Origin: Hydrolagus colliei
Taxonomy: Eukaryota
DNA length: 64,000 nt
Reading direction: 5' to 3'
Assembly (NCBI GenBank): GCA_035084275.1
Contig: CM068761.1
Span: 1,984,001-2,048,000 of the forward strand
In this document: in pieces, positions 46,595-58,739 of the stretch
How positions within the stretch are numbered: the stretch's first letter is position 1
Layout of the letters: each line of letters starts with the position of its first letter
The notes under the pieces: generated by a model
The model's database searches: none
Told to the model about the DNA's origin: nothing
What the model saw: the letters and a program-made list of their open reading frames with translations, nothing else
Translations under genes and position numbers: made by a program

Positions 46595-49410
46595 GAAGAT
46601 GGAGGAGCTGGATCAGACTTAGGCTGTCATTTATACAAAAGGGCTTTTTTCAAAAAAAAAACCATCACAATCAATTCTGCGTTTAACCCTGAAGTCTTTT
46701 GTTTGCAATACGATAATAATCGAGCACTCCAGAGAATGGAGAGGGAGGGAGGGAAGGAGGGAGGGGTGGGTGGGTGTTGTTGGTTGCTGGGCTTGATGTA
46801 CTGTGTCTCGTCAGGAGGGCGGGCGAGCGAGAGGTGCCGTTTGTGTATCTTGAAGCCACAAATCATCTTGTGCCAACTGCCTCCCGTTCGTTCGTTCGTT
46901 CGTTCGGCCTGGCATCGGTCCCTAGACCTCCTCTTCCATCACTAATCAACGCACAGAGCTCTGCCTCCCGTTTTATAGAATGTAAAATAACGATAGAACA
47001 AAACTTTCTCCCAACATCTGTGTGCGTGTGTGTGTGAGAGAGAGAGAGTGAGAGCGAGAGAGAACATGTAACGCTATCGTGGTGCAACATGTGGAACGAT
47101 TTTTATTTTACACACACAGCTTGTACAAAGTGGGAAAGAGATTGTTAGGGCTTTTTTTATTCGTACTACTGATGCACATAGGAAGTGTTTGGAGGTTACT
47201 GAATGTCAGTCGGCCTTCCTGATTTTAAAAGAATAACGACAACGCGGATTTTTATGTATTTTTCTCTCCCTTCCCCCCACACCCCTCCCCCCCACCCATC
47301 CTCTTTCGACACAGGAAGTAAAGCAATAACCTCTTGAGACCTTTAGTAACAACCTCATGCAAAAGGACTAAATGTCTTGTCGTTTCTTCATTTTTGGGTG
47401 GGTGGGGAGTGGGGCGAAATTTGCCTCGTGTAAAACAAGCAGGAGACAAAGACTGACGTGGAAACTGACTTAGTTCAATTTGGCCGATTGGAAGTTGGTA
47501 TCTTCCAGGAAGTGGGCCAAACGTCAGAATCGTAGCTCCCAGCTTCCCAGGATCCAATGTTTGTCAAGGTTCTCACTGCCGGGAGAATAACCTTCACCGT
47601 GTGTGAGAGTACGGAGCGGCTATACAAATTCTGTATAGTGGGGGGCTACGTGTTGGGTATTCACAGCTGATTGGTGTGCAACTGTGTTGGGAAGGAATCC
47701 AGAAGGCTCGCCTGGGGTAGCAAAGGGTTAGGAACCGGAAAGGCAGATTGTCACTAGATCCTGGTGTCATTCTTTTTTTTTTGTGTGTGTGTGTGTGTGT
47801 CTGTCTCTCTCTCCCCCCCCCTACTTCTCATCCATCCAATTCAGTTGGCCTTTTAGGGTACTGTAGGGTACTGTATGAATGAGATGCACATTGATTCCTC
47901 TTGTTTCATTCACCTGCTGTATATGAGGGGGTTGGAGAAGGATTAATGGCACATCACGTAAGAAAGTGGACCTTGCATTTCAGTCCTCAGTCTACTTTAC
48001 ATTTCTTTTGGGGCGGGGAGGATGTTGGGGTTGCAATCCAAGAAGTGCTGAACCTGGGGTACAAATACCAGTCACCCACTGCCTTATCTGGTTTATGAGC
48101 TGCCACAGATCTTGTGCCATGTTTTCAAAAGGTGTGTTTACATTCCCACTTCCCTTTAAAAGGGAGCGCAGGATCCTCCTGCGACGTAACGAGGACTGGG
48201 TTTGGATTCTGTCTCCTGGTGTTCCTGACACTGCACTGAATATGAGATTGTTTGTGTGTTTGGAGGCCCTCGCTAACAAGAATGTTTTTTTGTTGGGAGG
48301 GTGGGGTGGGGGGCCGTTGGCGTGGGGTGGGGAAGCAAGGTGTAACTGTTTATGGTGAAACATTCAGAATACAGCTGTGTAGAGAGACCTTCCTGGGATT
48401 GTGGCCAGAGACTACTGTAATTGCTGCCTTAGAACAATAATCGCCCAGTCCGAAAATTGTCTCCTTTTGTGCTTGGTTATTCTCAATAGCATGAAACAAC
48501 TTGGGATCAGTTCAGGTGATGATTGGCCTGGTGGAATCACGGGCAAAGTATATGTGGTAGAGGGTGGGGGGGTTCAGGAGGAACATTTTCCAATCCGACA
48601 TCAACCTGATTAGAAATGCTGTAGAGACACTGTATGCAATGCTACCTTTACCCTGATATTCGCCCACAAAATATATCGTTTGCAGTATATTCTGGGAAGC
48701 GCTTTGAGGCGTCTCAAAGACTTGAGAAGGCGCTGTATCAAATGCAAGGATTATTCTCACTATTATTATTCTTATAATTCAGGCCCCCGATGGCTGCTTG
48801 GTTTACACTGTATTCAGTTTTATGTTTAAACAGCTCAGGCTTCCCAACCACCTCACTCACCCCCCAAACCCTCCCTCTCCCCCAAAAGAGGCAATGCCTT
48901 CAGAAAGAGCCCGTTCAAAATGGCTCACTGCTTCCTGGGAATCTTTGGGATTACGTACCATGATACACTGTGCCAGCTGAGCATGCTCAGGCCTTTGCTC
49001 CATCATCACATTTGTCAGGAGTGGAAAGAATTGGGAACCACAAACCAATATGACTCTGTAGCCATTCATTGCCAGTGTCTTGACGAACACTCGGGTGAGT
49101 GTGTTTTTTAATGGTTAGGGAACACTTTGTTTGGGAGGGCAGGGGGGGTTGCTGTTACTCCCCTGCCGTGGATGGAGTAACTGAGTTGGGTGGGGGGGGG
49201 GTGGAATTGTGGGGGGGAGGGGGGGGCAATGGTCTCTCTCTATTCTGAATGTAATTTTGTCAAGATGATTGTAAGAGTCTAGTATTTTATATTTTAAAAG
49301 TGCTATGATGGTGAGTGCAAGCTGTGTAATCTCAAATTTTGTTTTTCCTTTTGTTTTGTATTTTAGGTTTACAGCCTGATCAAAGTCTATTTGTGTATAA
49401 ATCATTCCTT
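46595..49410 (+). other. Probable terminal exon / 3' UTR of KIAA1671 (end not defined)
   Basis: Acceptor CCTTTTTGCCCGTTGCTGTAG| followed by a long, mostly repeat-poor region with U-rich segments. I did not identify a clear AATAAA at the end. Confidence 0.35.
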
Positions 49411-49737
49411 TTGTCACGTTTATTGAGTAACGTGGGGTGGGGGAGGAGGGGGGGGGTTGGGGTGGGTGGGTTGGGGGGGGTGGCTGGGGTGGGATGGAAT
49501 TTCTCTCCTCTCACCAATGGCAGGTTCCCACTCACACTCCACCCCCTCTCAGTGCACCTCCACCCTCTTCAAGTCTACTCTCTTTGTCACAAACAATTTT
49601 GAGTTATTTGGCGTCCTTCACACAGGGTTTTGGCTTGGAGCGTCGGAACAATGGGGTGGATTGACGTTAAGCTGGTTGGAGTGGGAAAGGCGACCATAAT
49701 TCTGGTCACAGAGGCGTGACCCGAAAAGGGGGTCAGC

Positions 49738-50050
49738 AAACGACGACAACAACAAAATTACATTTATAGAGCGCCGTTCACGTCGGGAGGACGTCCCAAG
49801 GCGCTGAAGAGTCAGGATGGGACCCGAGCAAGGGGTGGGCAGTGGGGAGGGGCGTGAGAGAGTTGGGAGGGCAGCAGAAGGCACGGTCGAAGACGAGGGT
49901 CTTGAGGCCGACCTTGAAGGAGGAGATGGAGGGAGGGAGGGAACGAGGCGATACTGTGGGATGGAGTTCCAGAGTGTGGGAGAGGGTTCCAAAGTTTTGG
50001 AGTGGGGGGGGGTATGGTGGCTGAAAGCACAGTGGCCGGCAGTGAAAACG
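49738..50050 (-). mobile_element. L2 LINE 3' portion (second family)
   Basis: The - strand gives CAFSH..TLWNSIP and SSFKVGLKTLVFDRAF, then a stem-loop tail and (GTT)n. Confidence 0.85.
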
Positions 50051-50742
50051 GAGCAATCCGACAGCAACCTGATTGGAAATGTATATCGATATATCTGTAT
50101 CTTGCTTATATCTTATACGCACCTCACGGGGCAAAAGGTATCCCTGTTGAGTGGCACTTTCTCTGAGTCACTTGTCGGTGAGTAATGTTCTGGTTGACCG
50201 CCGACTGCGTTGGCTGGCCACGGTGCTAACCTATCTCGGAATACAGATGAGTTATGGCTTCACAAGACGATGAGCGTTTGTATGAATTGATTTGGTGTGC
50301 GCTCAGGAGAAAATTCGATGGAACATCAAACCATCGAACATCTTACGCGCGTTGACCTTTACTCCGTTCACACTGTCGGAGGATTTATGGAACTTCACAC
50401 AGATTGGGGAGTGGGGGTGGGTTGGGAGAATATTTATATGTTTTCGTTACACCATTTAGTTTTTCCAATAGAAAGATAAGTACACAGCGTACTCTGGGGA
50501 GAGAGGGAGAGACGACAGTCTGGGAAGAATTATTAACGGAGCTGAGCAACTCTGCACTCAAAATAAATTGTATTCCTCGTATGATGTTTTATCTACAATT
50601 GAACAGAAACGACAACTGGCTCCTTGCGCTACCTGGAGAATTAAATCTCCCAGCTCCAATCCCGGCCACCAAATCATTGCCCTGGTTACTACGTGGGTGA
50701 ACAGAAGGGAGGTTCCAGCGATGTGCTAATGATACATTTTGT

Positions 50743-51025
50743 GGAGCTCCTGTAGCTCAGTGGTTAGAGCGCTCGCCTTACAAGTGTGAGACCCGTGTTC
50801 GAATCCAGGGCAGGTCAGGGTGAAACCTTGGGCAAGTTTCCTTACTCCACACACGCACACGCGCGCGCCTAATAATCCTTAAAAAAAACACACAATAATA
50901 AAAATTGGTCATTTCAATCCACGACGGTTTGTGGGGGACGCTGCTGTGCGCAATTGGCTGCCGCTTTTCACCCACAAACATGCAGTCAATTCACTTTATT
51001 CCGCAAAGCGCTTTGAGACGTCGAT
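50743..51025 (+). mobile_element. SINE, near full length, best-preserved head
   Basis: GGAGCTCCTGTAGCTCAGTGGTTAGAGCGCTCGCCTTACAAGTGTGAGACCCGTGTTCGAATCC. Confidence 0.92.
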
Positions 51026-51579
51026 AAGCTCGGGTCTGACACAGTGACTGTCCCAACGCCAGGGATGTCGTCCTGATGTGAAAGGCGCTATACAAGTGTC
51101 ATTTTATTGTTGTTGTCCACAGAGAATGTTAACCCTGTTTCAATCACACCAAAAGAAGGGTTGGAAGTGATGGCATTCATTACAATAATAGTAACTACAG
51201 TACGGCTAAAGGAACTCATCAAACGGAGCTTAAAAAACCAAAAACCTTTCATTATCAGGAGGATATGTCAAACCTTTTCACTGGATTTACTACTACAATA
51301 CATTTAGGTGACAGACACACGAATACCAATAAAAGTCCCAAGTTTTACATTGACAAGTGTGGAGGGGAAAACACAATTCAACATCTAACCAGTTAGGAAT
51401 AAAAACCTCAATTGTCAAATTGTATTTCATCCTTCCACAAGCGTATAACTCCAGGCTGCACTCACTCTCTGTTCCCCCAACTTCCAAGACCCTTGTTCTA
51501 ATCATCAAATGTCTACATGCCCCTTGCCACCCCCCCCCCCCCCCCCCCCCCAACCTTACCTGTACTATCTTCCGCACTC

Positions 51580-51908
51580 TCCGAAACCTCAGACAGGTTT
51601 CCTTATTCCACACACCTCTGCTTACACGGTTGTTAGTCGATTGGCGGATTGCTTTTCCGGTGGTGGGGAACAGAGGTGGGGGGGGGGGGGGGGGGGGTGG
51701 AAATGATTCATTCACACACAAAAAATTGTTGACTCAATCCACGACTGTTTGTGGGACGCTGCCGTGCTCAATTGACTGCATTGTTGCGCTTGCAAAAGAA
51801 ATACAGTCAATTCGCTTTACTGTACAATCTGCAAACAACTTTTGAGACATCTCGAAGGCGTGATAAAGTGCTATATCAAATGCGCAACTTATTATTACGA
51901 TTATTACT
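51580..51908 (+). mobile_element. SINE, insert-bearing variant, head missing
   Basis: GTTTCCTTATTCCACAC, GGTTGTTAGTCGATTGGCGGAT, core and tail. Confidence 0.75.
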
Positions 51909-52181
51909 GCACCCCCAGCACGTAACCTCTGAGAGAATATTTCGCTTTTTCCCAACCAGACTCTGCCTTTTGCGGTTCTGTTTTGAGCTCGGCTTTTGAA
52001 ACCAGATTAAATCATTTCATTACATCATGTCCAGTTTTTAATGTCCCCCTTGTTATCATTTCTGAGCGTGTTAAGCCTTTAATATCCTCATCAAGGCACT
52101 TGACAGTGAATTGTTAGCCAAGTGGACGAGATGGGAGTTGGATCCAAATAAAAAGTGTCAACTGTGCGGTTTGCGGTGGTG

Positions 52182-52218
<37 letters not shown>

Positions 52219-52279
52219 GGGGGGGTGGGGGGGTGGGAGTGGGGGGAAGCTGTGCCTGGCAGGGCTGTGGTGCTGCTGT

Positions 52280-52510
52280 TCGAATCTGCTGAGCAGGTCT
52301 GGTATTTTAATCTGTTTCCAAGCGATAGGCTGGTTGGGGTGAGAGTTTGGAAGATCTGGGGGGGTTGGAGAGTTAGGGCCATGTGTTTGGTCTGTGCCAC
52401 TGACAATCCGATAGGATGATCGGCCGATTTTTTGCTGTGTCGACGGATGGGGAGATCAGAGCAAATCCTCAGCTCTTTTCCCCCAGATGGGTGGGTGAGC
52501 CCATAAATAG
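52280..52510 (+). promoter_or_regulatory. Candidate CRYBB3 lens promoter
   Basis: TATA-like CATAAATAG at 52502-52510. Maf-site-like TGCTGAGCA (52287-52295) and TTTTTGCTG (about 52429-52437). Maf control of beta-crystallin promoters is established knowledge; these site calls are inference. Confidence 0.55.
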
Positions 52511-52532
52511 GGCATGAAGTGCCGACAGAGCA

Positions 52533-52615
52533 GTGGCCAGAGACTCGAGTGAAACCCAACCCAACTCCATCCCATCACCCTCACCAGGAGCAAAGCAGTG
52601 AGCGACACCAGAAAG
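52533..52615 (+). other. CRYBB3: CRYBB3 non-coding exon 1 (start approximate)
   Basis: Begins about 30 nt after the TATA-like box and ends at donor AAG|GTACCT. Beta-B crystallin genes have a short non-coding first exon. Confidence 0.55.
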
Positions 52616-53298
52616 GTACCTCTCCTCTCCTGTCTTCTCCGACTGTGATACTTCAAATAACTTGTGGATCAAAAGTTATTTAAAGTTGACCTGTTTTTTT
52701 CTCCTCTCCTCAGTGTTTGCACTCAATGCTTAACGCATGACGAGTATATTTGGAGTGTTAGATTTTTTTTTCTTCAGTGATTTATTTTCGAACGTATTTT
52801 TAAATCAACGCTTAGTTAGTAACTGTTGGTTTAAAGATATTTTCTCTCTCTCTCTCTGAGATAAGAAGACCCGGTTCCCTGATCTGCTGTGAAACTATCA
52901 TATCCTTTTAAAAAAAACAAGAGTTAGCAGCGAATCAGTTAAATATACATATTCAAAATATTTCACCGCTTTCCTCTAATACCCACAATTATTTCAATGT
53001 GAAGTGGGAGCTTGTTCCTGTCTCTGTTTTCCGTTTAACTATATTTTTATTCGTAAACACCTGCAGATCTCTGCCTCTCTCTCTCTCTCTCTCTCTCTCA
53101 AACTCCCTAGACCTGTCTAGATGGTTAGAGCTCATTGCTGGGTTGACCTTAGATTCCTCTCAAAATGGTTGGGGACTCTGTGCGCTCCTGATGTTTTGGT
53201 GGCAAGTTTGCAGGAACCACCCCCCCCCCCCCCACCCCCCGTACCCAGCCCTGGCTCATTGCCCCTCCCTCCCTGTGTTTTGTGTCTTAGGCTAAAGA

Positions 53299-53397
53299 AT
53301 GGCAGAGCAGCAGGCGACACCCGAACAGTTGGATGGCAGCAAAGGGCTGCCCACTGCCACAGCCACAGCCACAGCCAAAACTGGCGCTAACTTCAAG
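53299..53397 (+). CDS. CRYBB3: Beta-crystallin B3, coding exon 1 (N-terminal arm)
   Basis: Acceptor TCTTAG| at 53290. MAEQQATPEQ...GANFK resembles human MAEQHGAPEQ...GSYK. Donor AAG|GTACAT. Confidence 0.9.
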
Positions 53398-54183
53398 GTA
53401 CATAATGCCAACATGGCATCGAGACACTCGCTTCACATCTGGTTCACAAACATTACAAGTGTTCATTGTGTGTGTGTGTGTTTGTGGGTGGTGGGTGGGT
53501 AATGGGTGGACAGAGTGTGTTTCAGGAACATTTTCTATGTATATACGCACATATATGTGTGTGTGTGGCGGGGTGGGGGGGGTGAGTTGTTTCAAGAATG
53601 GTGTCTGTGCCTAACGATCTCTGGCGGAATTATGAGTTTCGGTTGTTAAAGTGTTTTTTTAAGTAGATATTACACTTGTTAATTAACCACGCACTGCACT
53701 AGCCCGATCGTGTAACTCAACCTTCGCTCGGTATTTACTGTGTGGTACAAATGGTAGCAAATCCTGTTCCTCACAGGTGTGAGACTGTGTTGACCTGGTT
53801 GATATCAGCTGTGGTTGTAACTGCTCTGAACTTAAAACAGTCAGTGAGTTATTTCAGTTACGTGGGAACACAAGCATACAGATAGATGATCTCTCAGCCC
53901 GGTGTCTCTAGTTGATCCCGAATTGCTGTTGAAATTTTCCCTGGATCGTTTTCTCCTGAGTTGGTGTCCAGCGCTGGGGCTGTAGTCGGAGAGAGAGAGA
54001 GCAGCAGGGAAGGCATTTGTGTGAACATGCGCAGTCAGTGCCTTCTGCAAATGGGGTCATCAGAAGTCCATCTGTGAGGCACCAGAAATTGCTGGAAACA
54101 AACAAGAACTCGCATTTCTTTACGGCTCGAAGCGCTTCGATGACAAGGCCGGTGACCAGTAACATCTTCCATTGTGTCCTAAG

Positions 54184-54302
54184 CTCACCATCTACGAGCT
54201 CGAGAATTTCCAAGGTCGCAAGGTTGAGTTCACTGGGGAATGCTTGAACCTGGGAGAAAAAGGATTCGAGAAAGTGGGATCGATCCAAGTGGAAAACGGG
54301 CC
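54184..54302 (+). CDS. CRYBB3: Beta-crystallin B3, Greek key motif 1 (LTIYELENFQGRKVEFTGECLNLGEKGFEKVGSIQVENGP)
   Basis: 119-nt exon with YELENFQG and KVGSIQVE, donor CC|GTAAGT. Not present in the ORF track. Confidence 0.95.
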
Positions 54303-54414
54303 GTAAGTACACACTTGAGACGGCGTTTTGCAAATGCGAGTGAAGCAAAGCGACAGGGTGAGGGGGGGAGGGGTGGGAGGGGGCTAAACGAGGATTAGGA
54401 GGTGGGTCCGTTCA

Positions 54415-54930
54415 TAGTGGTGCGCAATTGGCTGCTGCGTTTCGCCCACAAAATATGCAGTATATTCCGCTTTGAGACATCTCTAAGAGGTGATGAGGAG
54501 CTGGCTGTATGGAATGCAAGGATTATTATCATCAATATTCAGCCTAAAGTGTCATCAAATTCCTCCAATGAACAGACAAGTGCTTGTCTACGCCTCCTTC
54601 CGGCCTTAATAATAATAATAATAATAATAATCCTTGCATTTGATATAGCGCTTTTCGCGTCTTCTAGACGCCTCAAAATGTACTGTAAAGTGAATTGACT
54701 ATATTTGTGGGTGAAACGCGCAACCAATTGCGCACAGCAGCGTTCCCCACAAACAGTCGTGGATTGAATGACCAATTTATTATAAGTTTTTTGGGAGGGA
54801 TTATTATTAGGTGTGTGTGTGTGTGGAGTAAGGAAACTTGTCCAAGGTTTCACCCCTGACCTGCCTGAATTTAAAGCACAGATCTCACGCTTGTAAGGCG
54901 AGCGCTCTAACCACTGAGCTTACAGCAACT
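54415..54930. mobile_element. Tail-to-tail SINE pair in a CRYBB3 intron (+ fragment 54415-54535, - full copy 54608-54930)
   Basis: Core and tail motifs in opposite orientation. Confidence 0.85.
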
Positions 54931-55076
54931 CCAAATGTCGACTTATCACGTTTTTGGTGCTGACACCTACTTACATTCATTTTAAAAGTGTATTTGTGTT
55001 ACGATTAAATTCACATACGTTATTTTTATAAATAAATTTTGTCCCCCCCCCCCACCCCCCCAATTATTTTTTGCAG

Positions 55077-55209
55077 ATGGGTGGGTTTCGACCGTCAAGG
55101 CTTCAGTGGTGAGCAGTTTGTGTTTGAGAAAGGCGAGTACCCACGCTGGGACTCGTGGTCTAACAGTCACTCCAGTGAGAATCTGGTCTCGCTCCGTCCC
55201 CTCCGTATC
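55077..55209 (+). CDS. CRYBB3: Beta-crystallin B3, Greek key motif 2
   Basis: [44 protein letters not shown], canonical splice sites, phase 2 to 0. Confidence 0.96.
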
Positions 55210-55687
55210 GTAAGTACTTCTCTGCTTTGGTGTGAAGTGTGTTTTCGCTTGTTAAAGAGATATATATACGTATACTTTTTAAAAGGTGCGCACAGTCCAA
55301 CTGAGAGGGAAGGTGAGGTCTATTGGAAGCCGCCCTGAGGTGTGTAGCCACTCCTGCTTGGTGTCAGTACGGTTCGGGGAGGCAGAAGGTCGTGGGTTCA
55401 AAGCTCCACATGAGGACTTTGAGCTCGTAATCTGGGAGTATTGCCAGAGGTGATGTGGTTCAGACATTAATTCCAGGTCTAACCATATCCCTGACCGACA
55501 ATCCCCCAGATGGATTTGTCATTAAACTCCGGCATTATTTTGTGGCTTGCTGGTACGCATTTTCTGCGTGAACTTGCCGAATAAACAATTTTTCTTACCG
55601 GATTGTAATTACCAAACGCGCTCCCTTCCGGCTTCCGGTTTAACTTGGCGCGGTCTGGTTAAAGTACAGAGTCCCTTCTTGTTGCAG

Positions 55688-55830
55688 GACGGCAGCGAGC
55701 ACAAGATCAGCCTGTTTGAGAACTCCGCCTTTAACGGGAGGAAGATGGAGATCATTGATGACGACGTTCCCAGCCTGTGGGCCCACGGATTCCAGGACAG
55801 AGTTGCCAGCATTAAAGCCATCAATGGAAC
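55688..55830 (+). CDS. CRYBB3: Beta-crystallin B3, Greek key motif 3
   Basis: [63 protein letters not shown] is diagnostic of B3. Confidence 0.97.
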
Positions 55831-56071
55831 GTAAGAGCCCGGGACGTTCACACGCTCTCTTACCTGTGGAGTGCCAGGCGTTTAATTATAGCAACTTAAA
55901 AGACTAGCGTGTAACCCACCTCGAAATGCATCCCCAATTCCTCTCAGTGTAACACTCACTGATGTATCCACACCCCCCCATTGTAACACTCTCCCACCCA
56001 CATCCCTCAATACATCTTGTGTCGGAAGGCCAGGGCATTTAACAAGATGTTGCACACAATCCACCACCATA

Positions 56072-56385
56072 ACTCACCTCACAAGCGAGAGGACCCGGGT
56101 TCGATTCCATAGGAGGGATGAAGCTTAGGCAAGTTTCCTTACTCCGCAAACCACAATTTACCCAGCAGTAAGTAGGAACCCTGGTTGTTAGTCGATTGGT
56201 GGATGGCTTTCCTAGTGGTTAATAATCCCTCAAAAAAATTGATGATAATGATTTGGTCACTCAACCCGTGGCTGTTTGTGGGGGACGCTGCCGTGTGCCA
56301 TTGGCTGCCTTGTTTCACCCACAAAATATACAGTCAACTCACATTACAGTATATTTTGTGAAGCGCTTTGAGACGTCTTAGAGAC
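56072..56385 (+). mobile_element. SINE, insert-bearing variant
   Basis: Partial head, about 70-bp insert (AGTAAGTAGGAACCCTGGTTGTTAGTCGATTGGTGGATGG) and core. Confidence 0.85.
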
Positions 56386-57290
56386 ATCCCAGTGTCCCAG
56401 AGTTGAAGGGCTCTACGCAAGAACAGGAATTGGGTAACCTACAAGTAGGTTGACTGCCTCCTCATCGATAGAGAGAGAGAGAGAGGTTACTTCTTCATAC
56501 TAATCAATAATAAGCCTTGTATTTGAAACAGGGCAATGTGGTTCCTCCCATCCCCACTCCCATTTCTTCTGGCCTCACCTGCTCCCTCCATAACCCCTAA
56601 AAAAAACATTGTGTTTCTGGAAGGGAAACCCTGGAATAGTATGTAGCCTGCGGAGTTTCTCAAATAGGGCATCCGTCCCTCAGCAGGCAAAAGGTGGACA
56701 CACCCCATTCTCCGAGGTAGAACCTCATCACAAAAGACCATCTTCCAACAAGGCAATAGACACGTCCCCACCACCCACTGCCCAGCACCGCACTTAACTT
56801 AGATTATGAGCTAAACATTCCTAACATGGGGGCTTGAAACTTCTCACGTGGAGGCCAAATGGAGATTGCTCCCTCATCCGTCCGTCCCCACCCCCCCCCC
56901 AAAAAAACAAAAACAAAGCTAGAATGGGAAGCAGAATTTATATTGGATTTAGACCTGCGCCCTCTGGCGGGAAATGCCATTTAACAATTCCCTTTGCCGG
57001 GACATTTGCAAACTCGGCGAGTTCTCATCATCGAGCGGTCAACTGGAAAATTGTGAGCTTCGCGTGAAAATGATGTATTGTGTAATCTCTCGTGCGTCCG
57101 TTCTAGGCAAGGAAGGGAAGGTTCTTCTGTGAAGAGCTATTCCTGTTTCAAACCTCTTTCCTTTCTGCTGCCCTCCCCACAACCCCCCCCCCCACCCCAC
57201 CCCACGCCCGCACTCACCCCCCACCCCAACCCCCCCCCCAGTCCCTCAAGTGAACACTAAACTCATGGTTGCTTTGTGTTGTCCCATCAG

Positions 57291-57468
57291 GTGGGTTGGT
57301 TACCAGTACCCCGGTTACAGAGGATACCAGTACGTCTTCGAGAAAGGAGAGTACAAGCACTGGAATGAATGGAGCGCCAGTCAGCCTCTGCTCCAGTCCA
57401 TCCGCCGAGTCAGGGACATGCAGTGGCACAAGCGAGGCTGTTACCAAGTGCCCGCGGCCAGTAGCTGA
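57291..57468 (+). CDS. CRYBB3: Beta-crystallin B3, Greek key motif 4 and C-terminal arm, stop TGA
   Basis: [49 protein letters not shown]. The five exons sum to 672 nt, i.e. 223 aa plus stop. Confidence 0.97.
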
Positions 57469-57703
57469 AGGAGGCACGAGGAATACTCGAGGCAAGAGGT
57501 CACCGGCAGGAAATACACCAAGAAAAGGCGGATGAAGTAGAGCAGACACTGGCCACGGGAAGGAGCGCGTGCGCGTGTGCTCGCCACGCTTTTTCCCCTC
57601 CTCCTCCTCTCCCTCCTCTCCCCTCCCCTCACCCCCCCCGACCCCCCACCCCCACCCCCCCGCCGCCCTCTCTGTCCCGTGACTATAAGAGCGAGAGTCC
57701 GTC

Positions 57704-57709
57704 AATAAA
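57704..57709 (+). terminator. CRYBB3 polyadenylation signal
   Basis: AATAAA about 235 nt after the stop, followed by GT/T-rich sequence. Confidence 0.8.
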
Positions 57710-58739
57710 ATAGTGACTGGTGGGAAGCCCGGTGTGTCGGCATATTTTCTGTCTCCTTTCGTTCCTCCGACACGCATTTGAACACATTTGTGCAAGACGC
57801 ACTCGTCTGCCGTGTCTGTCTGCTCCCAGGTCTCGAGGGTTTTGTGCGAGACGCACAGAGGAGGGTGGCCTAGTCCGCTTTGCGCTCGCTCCGTGTCAAC
57901 CGACTCCCAACTAGTAATAATAATAATAATTAATAACCCTTGCGTTTGATGTAGCGCCTTATCTCATCACGTCTTTGAGACGTCCCAAAGCGCTTCACGG
58001 AATTCGTGCTGGAATACACTTTGCGGGATGCATTGAAAATGCCAAATAGTGCCTGAGATCGGATGGTTTGCTCACCGTTCCCGTCTTGAAATCGATCGTG
58101 TCTCGGGCGCGGGGGTAAATTATGTGGGTGATCAGGGAGTCAGGACACCCCGCCCACTGCGCAACCGACCGCTCGGAGTTATGTGAGTAGCCTGTTCAGC
58201 GCCTTCACCATCATGACATAACGAGATATCCCAAAGTGGAAACCGATGGTCTGTCTCTCTGTCTGTCTGTTCATGACGTTGCTGGTTTAGCTGGTCTGAA
58301 TAGCATGTGATTGTGGGTCGAGGTGGGGGAGGTATTGGGAGACCATTGTGAAGTGATAAACAACACATAACTTTCAGAGTTAGCTCTCGCTCCAGCAAAC
58401 CAATCCATGTTTATTTAAACAGCCATTGGTGACTAATCCTGTACCACCAAAACAAGAGCCTTAAAAGTGTGTCTCGAAAACGTTCTTCACTGGCTTCTCA
58501 ATTGATGGGAGCGTTCTCTATTTAGTGCAAATAGGAAAGCTAGCCCTGAGGTTTAGTGTTATCACTGACACATTAACCCACAAGACAGAACCTGCCACAG
58601 ACAGAACTAGCCTGACAGATCCTCATTTACCGGCATAGTCAATCTAGATGTCTTTTTTTTACAAAAACTTGAGAGTAATGAAATATGTGGAACAATAACC
58701 TCCCGTTAACTCTTAAAAAAAGAACAGGTTACATTGGTA

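Noticed and set aside
50743-50815. tRNA genes (A and B boxes here and at about 20 other sites)
   Set aside because: Each continues directly into the SINE body and lacks a proper acceptor stem, so these are SINE heads.
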